A stretch of DNA of 64,000 bases from Amoebophrya sp. A120 (Eukaryota > Protista > Dinoflagellata): positions 959,386-1,023,385 of the forward strand of contig CAJINV010000016.1 in NCBI GenBank assembly GCA_905178155.1, read 5' to 3'. Below, in pieces: positions 50,901 through 60,722 of this stretch. The notes beneath the pieces are model-generated. The model did not search any database. It was not told the origin of the DNA and saw nothing but the letters and a program-made list of their open reading frames with translations. Made by a program: the position numbers and the translations under genes. The first letter of the stretch is position 1; each line of letters begins with the position of its first letter.

Positions 50901-53900
50901 CGCGGCCGCCGCTTCCTATCAAATGCAAAAATGTCTGGGTCTGGAAGGTTGCAACTTGTGACGCTGTCTCTGGAAGGTAAAAAAGATCTGTATTGTATGA
51001 CCAGCAAGTAGAGCAGGAGTGCAGTTTGTGCTGCGCGGAGTGGGCGTTTCTCATGCGGAATACGCATCAGAAGGTCCTTCAAATCTGTGACGCTAGGTCA
51101 TGCATTACAGGCATCATGGGTTATGCAAAATATGCATGACAAACCCGGTCACAGCGGTTATGCAAAATATGCTGCATATGCATTACAGGCGTCACAGCGG
51201 TAGGACCCAGAGAGGGCATTTTGTTCGCCGCAGAGATGCAGCGGGTGCAGATCGTGCGGGGACAGCAGAAAGAGTGCAAAGCCATTCCGGAAAACAGCCC
51301 GCCCGAATTACCAGAGGGCGACCACATTGCACTCCACACCGCTATTAGCTGGCATAGGCCGCAGGCGCCACAGCCGGCACAGAGCGGAGACGCGAGGCAG
51401 CCAGGCCGCGGCGAAAGGACGAAGCCGCTTGCCTTCAACGCGCGGCATTCGGAGCTTATCCCGACTGAAGGTGAGAGAGAGCGGGTGAAGATACTGAAAG
51501 GACAGAATGAATTTGAGGAGCGCCTCCCGTTTTCGGGAGTAATATCTTGGCCCAGGGGTACAAAAACGACAGAGGTTCTGGAGCCACTATTCGAGGGAGC
51601 ACAGATGCCCGACATCGAGCAGGTCGGCCTGGAAGGCATCCAGAAATGGGCGCAGGAAGTACTCTTGGACTCCGGTGCGTGCAGCTACGTACCGACTGAG
51701 CCGACAGAGGATATGAGGCAGCTTTTTGAGCGACAGACACCCGGCCAGCGAGGAGGGAGAACAGAAGGAGCGAGCGGCGCGGACAAAAAGAAAGAAAAGG
51801 AGAGAGAGCATCGGTCAATGTTCGCGGGGCCGGTAGATGGATCGACGCTAGATAACGTCTACCAGCACGCGAAGCAGGCGAGAGAGCAGGTTCTTGGCGT
51901 CCGCCGCGGCGCACCGGCGGAGGAAATCAAGAAGATCAACGCCGGCACGGCCACGGCCCCCAGAGAGGTGGTCGGGGTTGAGGAGTGCACGAAAGAAATC
52001 TCCTTGGCTCATGTTTTCAAAAGCGAGCGAATCCGGCACGCCGAAGGAGAGCGCCATACGTTCAGCCCGGAGGAAATGCCGCGCGCCGTCACGCAGTTGA
52101 CCGAGGCAGCGAAAGGTCTACCGCCTCTGCGAATTCCCGCGGCCGAATTGAGGAGACACATCATGAAAATGAACAAAGAAGCTTCCGGCGCGCGCCGATG
52201 GGGTCCGCTTGTGGGCCTTTGCCGCAATGACGGACCAGCAGACTTGCCAGCTCGCAGCCGGTTGCGAGGTCTTCTTGCAGAGAATCGGCCTCGCGGATTG
52301 GATCCCGGGACAGGAGGACGCAATTTTGCCGCCGGCGCTGACGGTGCTGCAGGTCGAGATCCTCCGGAAAGCCTCACAACTTGGCGGGGACATCTCGAAG
52401 CTCCGGACGGTAATTCGCGGGACACCGGTCTACCGGATTACGTTGAGCTTCCTTACGCACCGCATGGCCCGCATCGCGGACCTCGGGGACGCTTTTACCC
52501 CTTCCGGGGCCGCCGGAAAGCCGGCTGCCTCATGCATGGCAACCGTTTTAGAAATCCTGAAGGTCTGCTACGCGGAAGACCTGCAGAACGGCTGCGAAAA
52601 CAAGGAGCGAGCGGCGGAACTGAGTGAGCAGGAAAAAACGAACGCAGCGAACTGGCTAACGATCTTGATAGGAATTGACGCCAGTAATTTCTACAATTGC
52701 ATAAGCATGCCAAGCATGGTGCGGAGTTTTCGCTGGGCGCGGTTGCGCCCCACCTACATCAAGCTGGCAATGCTTTCAAATTGGCGAAAAACCCTCTTCC
52801 TGAGGAACGGGAGTTGCTTCGCAGAGCTCAGCGACCATCGAGACCTCATCCAGGGTTCAGTGGAAACGATGCTCCGTGGCGTCCTGCTCTTTATGAGAGG
52901 AGCCACCGCGGTGGCGCAGTTCGTGGCGGAGTGCTTCGACGCGGCCGGGCGAATCGATGAGAAGCGCATCGACAGCGCGGGGGCGAAGCTCCGCAGAACG
53001 CTGCGCGAAGATTTTGCGGGGGGAGATGACACCGACGCCACTTTCCCGGACTACAAGCCGGCGGAGGAGGTCCATGAGCTCTTCCGCGACGAGGAGGGCG
53101 CTGGCGGTGCAGAGACGGGAAACAGGACGACGAGGACGCGGATGACCCGGAGCAAGGAGTACGAGAGGACGAGAGTCAGCCAAAGACTGCCGATGAGCGA
53201 GCGGGAGGAGAAGGCGCCAAGGAAGGCAGCCGTCGTGCAGTTTGTGGATGATGGCACCCTCTCCATCAAATTGCACAAAGACGACGCCGAAAAACTGCGG
53301 AAGCTGCTGAAAATAGTGGCCACAGCGTACGAAACGATGTATGCGTCCGAAGGGCAGTACCTCGCGCCAAAAAAGGCCGCGATGCTCCTCTCTGCTTCGG
53401 CGATGGACCAGCAGGCGCTATATCTCGCAGCCTTCCGCCCCTTCGGAATTGTCTTCAACTTGAAGGAGTGCACCAAGATCCTGGGCATCACGATCCGGCT
53501 CGGCGACATACGGGACCAGGTTGATGCAATTCGCAAGCAGGTCAACAATTCAGTCTCGTTCGCGCAGCACCTCTGCTATCGAGTTATGCGAAGCAAGGGC
53601 AATTTCGTGATGACAGGCGCGGATCTTCGGTGGGTGATCATTTGCTTCTACATGTCGCCAATCATCTACATTCTCCCGGTGCTCCGCCTGATTTTCGCCC
53701 AGAGCGACTGGTCCGAGTTACTTATCGAGATGGCGACTTCAATCGCGAAGGTTATCGGTTTCGAGCGAGAGGTCTGGGAGAGGATGACCACGATGCACAA
53801 TGTCACGCCGGAGCTTTTCCATCGACTGATCTTCAGTGAGAACATCATGGGGATTGTAGACCCGTACGTGCTCGGGATCAAGCTCCTCCGAGGCGTAGCG

Positions 53901-56900
53901 CAGAGCGACATCCTTACCAACATTGATGGCTTCGTGACGTGGGCAACGTTCCCGATCCGCTTCCACGGCGCCGGGCTTGCAGGAATCGGCGCGGCCGACC
54001 GAAAGGCAGCACAGGTAAAGACGACGGCAGACCTGGCATTAGTTGAGGCTTTGAGCGAGGGAGCAGAAATCAGGTTGCCAGCGAAGTCTGACCTCCGCCT
54101 GTGCGGTTTCATCCCGGACAGGAGCAGCAAGCCTCCGCCGCCCGAAAAGGTCCCGCGGGCGTGCCACAGTGCGAGCGCGTTTGTGGTGGCATCGGCGGAC
54201 GGCATGGGCGTCCGACTCCTGCAAACAGACACGACGGGGCGGGTTTCGGTACTACGGCAGGTACGAACAAAACGCGAGCACCTGCTCACAGAGGAGAGAG
54301 CGGAAGAAAGGCAGTTCGTTGCTTATCTGAGTGGATTTCTATCCCTAAGTCAGCAGACGGAACAAGAGGAGCCAGGAGTGCACTACACCTACAGGCTATG
54401 CGACTACTGGCGACTCCGGGGAAAGACGCGCGGGCCGCTGCGCCGGGGCGAAGGGATAGCCGTCCACTTCGCCGAGCAAGTCGAGCAGATGCACTTGAGG
54501 GGCCACAGAGTAGAGCGAGCGAACACAAGAACGGCGGAGCAGGTCGCCGAGGCAAGCAGGGAGATGAGCACAGTGATGGCGACCAAAGTCATAGGGCTCA
54601 GCATTGTCAACGCAACGGGGCACGACCACGAGTACACAGACTGGCCCGTCTACGATTTCGGTGAGCAGGCTTTCGGTTTCCCCCCGCTGCGGGACTGGAA
54701 AAAGCGGCGCAGCCTCGCAGCGCGGCGCGAGTACGTCAAAGACTCGCTGCAGTTCCAAGACCTCCAAAACGGCGAAAACACAGAAGACGAGCATCCGGAT
54801 AACGATCCGGCGGAGGTTGAGAGAGCGGCCGCGCGATCGCCGGCGCCGAAAGGAAGGGCGAAAGCACAGGCAAAGGCGAGGGAGCAGCCCCCCCAGGAGA
54901 GAGCGGCAAAGCCAAAGGCGAAGGCGAAGCAACCAGGCCCGCAACCGAAACAGCAACCAACAGGCGAAACGAGCGCAGGCTGCGGACCCGGGGCCCCCGA
55001 GGCGACAGGCGGCCGGCGGAAGGGCGGCGCAGGCGAAACAGAACCCGGCCCCAACAAGGAAAGCAGTGCCGGCGAAGAAGAAGGAGATCGCGTAGCTTTA
55101 GGACGCAGGCTGCTCGTCGAAACAAAAACAGAAGACCTACTAAAAAAAAAAAAAAAAGCAACAGGTAGGACAGTCGGCACGAAGACCGTGAAGTTTAGTT
55201 TCTTGCGCAAAAAGAAAAATATAAAAAACAGCACAAGGCGCGTGCGGAGGACACAAGGCGATCACGCGGGCGGCGTGTTCATCCAGGCGGGCGGAGAAGA
55301 GCCAGGAATGGCTGAGAGAAAAAGAAAGAAAAATGGCTACTCAGCAGCCACATGCCCCCCCCTAGTTCCTTTGCACTCCGGGCGCGAGGCCCGCCAGGGT
55401 TTTCGCCGCTCGTGTATTGTCTCCCACGCCGCGACAGGGCTCGCGGAACGAAGCCCGACGGGACCCGGCCCGGAAAGAAAAACTAGCAAAAGCCAAAAAG
55501 AACAAACCGCCGGGGGCCTTATGCCACCCACCTTCGGCACGCCAGAAGGCCACAAGCCCAGCAATTCCAAAAGAGCCGGCAGTGGTAGCAGTGCACTACC
55601 TAGATACTAATTAGCTTAGACGGGTCTTAGCGCAAAGAAAGAGGGGCAAGTCCAAGAGGCTTTTGCATGGGGTCCACTGGTCACCGTTTCGCGCGAGCCA
55701 TTCGGTGGACGACTGACCCCGCCCCATTTAAATAGCCGCTATGCGGGAGTTTTGTAAAAACTGGACTTCGTCCGTCTCCGGGTGGCGTGCCCGGGGTTCA
55801 GTCTAAATAAATTTGCCCGGGAAAATACCACGCAGCGGAGCAATCAGGCCTACTCGTAGGCCAGTCGGGGTCTATCCTTTCTCCACGTCGTCACGTGTGG
55901 TTATTGGGTTTTGTTGGCGTATGTCAGGGGATTCCTGTCTTTGGCATTTCACGACTCTTCCCATGGGTTCACTTCGATGATTGCTGCCGGGGACGTTCTT
56001 ATGCAGTCAGCTGGATGACTGTGACCTGGCTCGTACTGTGAACGCAGCTGGATGACTGTGACCTGGCTCGTCTTCGATGGGCAGGCGGATGACTGTGACC
56101 TGTCTCGCCCATCAAGATCCCTAATCCGTAGCTCCTAGACGTTGCCTGGCCCGCGAATGACTCCACGGCAGCCGGATGTCCGTGACCTGGTTATAAAGGG
56201 CTTCGTCGATCGATTGTGCCACTAGGGCCTTGTGTTCCGGCTACTCCGGATCGCAATCGATGGAGGGCGGGACCTGCACCGGCGACAGGCGCTATCCAAC
56301 CAACCAACCAACCAAACCTGGTAATCTTCCAGACCCAGACATTTTTGCATTTGATACTTCCGGCAAGAGTACTAAAGGTAGTAAGAGCAGCTCCTCCGGC
56401 GCTGCGTCGTCTGATGAAGCGGCGTATCAACGGGAAAAATGTCTGGGTCTGGAAGAATCCAACTTGTCATGCTGATTTTGGATTTTAGAAAAATCTGTAT
56501 TGCATGAGCAGCAAAGAGACTCCAAGTTTTGCTACACGGACAGGGCATAATTTGTCATGCGGTATAGGCATCAGGAAGCCCTCACAAAATCTGTGATGCT
56601 AGGGCATGCATCACAGACATCAGGAGTCATGCAAAATGTGCATGACAAGCCTGGCAATCTTCCAGACCCAGACACTTTTACATTTGATACGGCGAACAAG
56701 AAAACGCAGGAACAGACGGAGTTGGAGAAAATGTTGGACAAGGAAATAGAGGAAATGCAGACGAGGCTGAAGGAGAAGCAAGCGCAGAAGGAGCAAGCGC
56801 AAAAGGAAAAGGAGAAGGAGACGAACCAACATTCTACTTCTGCGGCAGTGCTGGCAAATGAACAACAAGTGTCGGCAGCACCGGTCGTCGCGTCGTCGTC

Positions 56901-57423
56901 CGTCAGTAGACCGATGAAGATGAAGGCTGCAGCGTCCTCTTCATCCGCAGCGGCGGCCGTCGTGGTTGAAAAAAAGGATGTTGAGAAAAAGCAGGCTAAC
57001 AAAGCTGCTGCTTCAACGTCCTCGATGAGGATCATGAGTAAAAACAAGGCCACGACGACAGCGGCAAACGAAAATAAAGTGTCCATGAAGAAGAAGTCCT
57101 CGAATAACGGTAACACAGCGGCGTCATCCTCATCGTCGTCGTTGAAGGCCGCGAAGGGTGTTAACAAGAAGGCCGCCGCTTCGTCGTTGAAGGCGAAAAT
57201 CGAGAAGGTGGATAAGAAAAAGGAAGTGATCAAGTCCAAATCGATGAAAAAGGAGACATCCACGGTGGCTGCAGCTTCTTCGAAAAGTTCGAAGGCCACT
57301 AGCAAAAATACAACAACTTCTTCTTCGGGGACGACGAAGCAGGGAAAAAATAAAGCAGCTGGCTCGGCCGCCCCGGCATCTACTGCGACGGGTGGAAAGC
57401 GCCAGGCGATGAAGAAGGCGTGA
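47971..57423 (+). CDS. Lys/Ser/Ala-rich low-complexity basic protein; 6 introners (one 5.4 kb) and GT-AG introns 48874-49329 and 49534-49692; 5' end uncertain
   Basis: Same composition in all exons. Frame is preserved across every junction, including AAAAS|GKSTKG around the 50917-56356 element. Confidence 0.7.
48405..48568. mobile_element. Introner family A
   Basis: TSD GAAGA. Confidence 0.85.
48638..48811. mobile_element. Introner family A (divergent)
   Basis: TSD AAAAA/AGAAA. Confidence 0.8.
48999..49205 (-). mobile_element. 207-bp SINE-like / 5'-truncated retroposon with a (TTCA)n tail inside a canonical intron
   Basis: Perfect 17-bp TSD TTCTATTCTTTCCACTA at 48982-48998 and 49206-49222; TGAATGAATGAA at the left end. 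Confidence 0.75.
50014..50165. mobile_element. Introner family A
   Basis: TSD ATGAC. Confidence 0.9.
50378..50527. mobile_element. Introner family A (starts TAC)
   Basis: TSD CAAAA. Confidence 0.9.
51221..55610 (+). CDS. Non-LTR reverse transcriptase polyprotein; ORFs 51221-52627 and 52209-55610 joined by a frameshift at about 52190
   Basis: RT motifs: KEASGA/DG (domain 0), ILRK..KLRTVIRGTPVYRI, ILIGIDASNFYNCI, LIQGSVETM, VQFVDDGTL, LAPKK and KILGITI. N-terminal GDHIALH resembles the SDH end of an APE endonuclease. Confidence 0.85.
56003..56192 (+). repeat. Four stem-loops with conserved loop ATG(A/T)C(T/C)GTGAC in the retroelement 3' UTR
   Basis: agctgg-loop-ctggct (twice), aggcgg-loop-ctgtct and agccgg-loop-ctggtt; stems vary in sequence but keep pairing. 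Confidence 0.8.
56425..56689. mobile_element. Introner family B
   Basis: TSD CGGCG. Confidence 0.9.
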
Positions 57424-58746
57424 GTAGAGTTTAAATACAAATCCGCCGTCAAATGAAGGAAACACGACACTTAATTTAAGTGCAATTTCATGCAGATAAC
57501 ACCGCGAGAGCCTGGTATGGGTGTGTTTTTAAGTCTTTTTTGGTGATTTCACTTGCAAACAGATGTTTACCAAAGCTCGAGCCTCCGCTCACATTTATTG
57601 TTCAAAAATAATTTTATTAATATACAACTAAAACATTTCATAGCCTTCACGCAACGAAGCTACAAATACATCTGTCAGAGTCGTCACGCACGATTGCACT
57701 TTTGGAAGCCTTTCTTTCACTACTAAAAATTTGGCAATGAGTAAATCTTTTACCCGCGTGCTTTTAATTTTATATCGCGACTGTTTTTTTTTTTGCAATC
57801 TCTTATATCTAATGACCACAATATAGCAAGAATATTGAGGAGAAAACAAATTTCACGGAAGACGCGCTGCTGCAAAGAAAGCGCGTTTCTTAAATTAGGC
57901 CTGAGCAACTTACTACCGGTATCGCCACGAAGTAAGGATAAAATGTAACCCTGAGGAGCAGCTGCAGTTGCAGTCGGAGGATGGGGCGCAACTCGCTCAT
58001 CAACAACAACATCTACATCATCAGCATCTACTTTTTATATCAAAAAATTTAGCGAAACCAAATCCAAAAGCAAACGCAGTACGAGGGGTCGGAATGTAGT
58101 TGCTATGACTGTTATTCGTGTTCATGCTACTGGTTCACCAGGTTTTGTTGTTCTGTAATAAATACCCCGGGCTTTTACTAGTAGCTCATTCTCCATCTTC
58201 TATTTCTGTCAATTCCACCGATTGTGCTTTGATCTTCTCGTCCGTTCCTTTTTCCGTTTGCTTTTGTCGACGACAGGCAGTTTACAATCGACCGAAAATA
58301 TTGAAGATCACCTCCCTGGTGGCAGTGGTTTTTTTGTCAGACCCGGACAGAAGAATAATCAATGTTCTACAACTTGTAGCCCATGATTGCAGCTTAGGTT
58401 GTTGTTGTCCAGGAGTCCTCTGTAGAAATCGTTCTTTTGCTTGGAAATCCGGACAAATCGGAGATTTGTCTATCTTATCGTTCATTGTTGTCTGTGTGCG
58501 ATACAACTAAATTGAAATTTAGGCTGATACTATAGAACCAGTACAAGAAGTCCGTGTCGTGTAGGTGTTGCGATTCATCTTGCTAGTACTTTATACGCGT
58601 TCTGAGCGAGAAGTACCCGTCGTAACAAGCGCGATATCTATCCACCAAGATGAACAACAACTACTTTGCCAGCAACTCCGCGCACAAAAGCCGGCCGCAC
58701 CACGGAGGACACCAGGGTGGTCACCAGCCGTCTCACCACGGGTCTT

Positions 58747-59001
58747 TATCAAATGTAAAAATGTCTGGGTCTGGAAACTTGTAATGCTAAAAGTGAATGG
58801 TAGACCGACGCACTGCAATGCGCACGTATGCATGACAAACTTTTTGGCTCCCATGTCTTACGTATTCCACATGGCAAACTGCGTTTTTGAATGACAGGTA
58901 AGAGGGCCTGTTCGTGCCTATGCAACACAGATTCTCGAGTCGAGCCAGACACGCATGACAAGCTTGCATTCTTCCAGACCCAGACATTTTTGCACTTGAT
59001 A
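58747..59001. mobile_element. Introner family B
   Basis: TSD GTCTT. Confidence 0.9.
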
Positions 59002-60282
59002 GTCTTCGCACCACAGCAACCTCGGCGGGAGTCAGGCCTACCACCACGGCAGCCACAACAACGGACACTGGAGCAGGGGCGGTGGCGCGGGGCATCCGTA
59101 TGCTGTGGGAGATCTTGATGTTTTGGGTCACTCGGGGAGGGGGAAGATCATGCGCATTATAGTACATTGCATTTGATGATACTGAAAGGGAGCTCCACTC
59201 CTGTTCATCATCTTCATGCGTGTGAGTGATATGATCGATGTTTTTATGATGGTACAAAAGGTGAAGGCTCTATGCGTGTTCAGCATCACAGATTCATACT
59301 CGTGACTCACAATTTCTCATGCATATGCCGCATCACAGCTACTCTTCCGGGCAGCTGGACCAGCACCACCAGTCACGAGGGCAAGACAGGTATACAGGAT
59401 TTTTACATATGGAAAATAAAGTTGTCATGCGTTGGTTTGTCGCCATGGCATGAGATGAAATTTATTCTGTCTTGCATGAATGTGGATGTGCTGCACAAAA
59501 AGAACGACACGATCAAACTAACAGAAAACCGCGGGGTATGCTGGAGCATGGGGGATTTTTGGATGGGTACGCTGGGAAAAAGTCGAACCGTCGCAACAGC
59601 CTGAGCCGAGACAGCGACGGGATGGTATAGAAATCAAAGCCTGCGCGTCTTCTTAGAATTGAATGATATAGTGCGCGTCTTCAGGAGCAAGAAAGACAAA
59701 CATGAAGAACAAATGTTGAACACGACTTTCATGCAATGCCAGTGTGCATTATGGAGATGTGACTTTTTTGTTTTCGCCTCGTGGCAATATGCATGACCAC
59801 GACGAGCATGATGACGTTGACATCATCGGAGATAAAATCAAATTTAACAGAGCATCAGTGACGAGTACAACCGAATGGACCGATATGAAACCGGAAAGCT
59901 TTACCGCTAATAGTAATATCAGGTCGTCGTGGACGAGGTTTTGCATCAATGTTTACGTTATTCTTGTTCGCCGTACGACTGAGGCGCCACTTGTATGTAA
60001 GCATCATTTCCAGAACCGTCGCAACCTGAAATTTCACCTTGCGCTCGTCCTGGCGGTCGTCAGGCCCAAACATCACGCGACGCGTCAATGCAACGAAAAT
60101 TATGAATGGCTATGTACGAATGTTTTTTATTTTGTAGTGCTGAGAATGAACTTGCCCGAAAGCGGAATTGGTGGAGTAAATGATTATCCAGTTTAGTTTT
60201 TCGGTTTCATCACCGATCTACCAGTCTAACCGCCATCGACTGTCACACATCGATCCCAGAGGACTTGTATCGCAGAATGGAG

Positions 60283-60538
60283 TATCAAGTGCAAATATGT
60301 CTCGGTCTGGAAAGATGCAAGGTTTGTCATGCTTAGCTAACATGACTCTTAAGTCTGTCATGCGTGTGACCCAAACCCCCCACTTTTCTCTCATGCGGTG
60401 GAAGCTCACTTTGTCATGCAGAATAGACAAGACTGTAGCAACTCCAAAACTTGTCATGCTTGGCAGTCAATTGAGGTTTTCTCGTCTTTCTTAACCAGCA
60501 TCACAAGTCTCCAGACCCCGACATTTTTGCATTTGATA
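60283..60538. mobile_element. Introner family B
   Basis: TSD TGGAG. Confidence 0.9.
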
Positions 60539-60572
60539 TGGAGCACGAAGCGAATTTGGACCGGGGGGTGCA

Positions 60573-60722
60573 TATCCTGTTCAAAAGTATCGTACTCGTC
60601 GTAATCCCATTCATGCATTGCAAATTTCTTTCTCAAGTTAAATCCGCATTACAAATTTTCTTTTTCATGCTGAGGAAATTTGTATTGCAATTCATACTAG
60701 TACGATACTTTTGCAATGCATA
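60573..60722. mobile_element. Introner family A
   Basis: TSD GTGCA. Confidence 0.9.

Larger units (their letters stand above)
51146..56315 (+). mobile_element. 5'-truncated non-LTR (LINE-like) retrotransposon nested inside a family B introner
   Basis: RT ORF, about 700-nt 3' UTR and (CCAA)5 tail at 56296-56315. CAAACC occurs at both junctions (51140-51145, 56313-56318). The host introner resumes exactly where it was interrupted (compare 56425-56689). Confidence 0.88.
50917..56356. mobile_element. Introner family B expanded to 5440 bp by a nested retrotransposon
   Basis: Perfect TIR TATCAAATGCAAAAATGTCTGGGTCTGGAAG / CTTCCAGACCCAGACATTTTTGCATTTGATA; TSD CTTCC at 50912-50916 and 56357-56361. 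Confidence 0.93.

Noticed and set aside
51221-55610. RT ORF as the autonomous mobiliser of introners, or as a group II intron maturase, retron or DGR
   Set aside because: It has non-LTR-type motifs, an APE-like remnant, its own (CCAA)n tail and a truncated 5' end, and it interrupts an otherwise normal family B copy. TIR plus 5-bp TSD points to a DNA transposase that is not present in this window
56003-56192. Hammerhead ribozymes or a mini-CRISPR in the 3' UTR repeats
   Set aside because: No CUGANGA plus GAAA core in the right arrangement; the spacers are short and base-pair as lower stems
56571-57470. 299-aa minus-strand ORF rich in Phe/Ala
   Set aside because: Antisense shadow of the Lys/Ser/Ala-rich exon
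2675-60722. Recurrent repeats (GCAAAAGTATCGTACT, CCAGACCCAGAC) as CRISPR or REP arrays
   Set aside because: They occur as inverted pairs bounding elements with TSDs inside eukaryotic genes; there is no repeat-spacer periodicity and no cas gene
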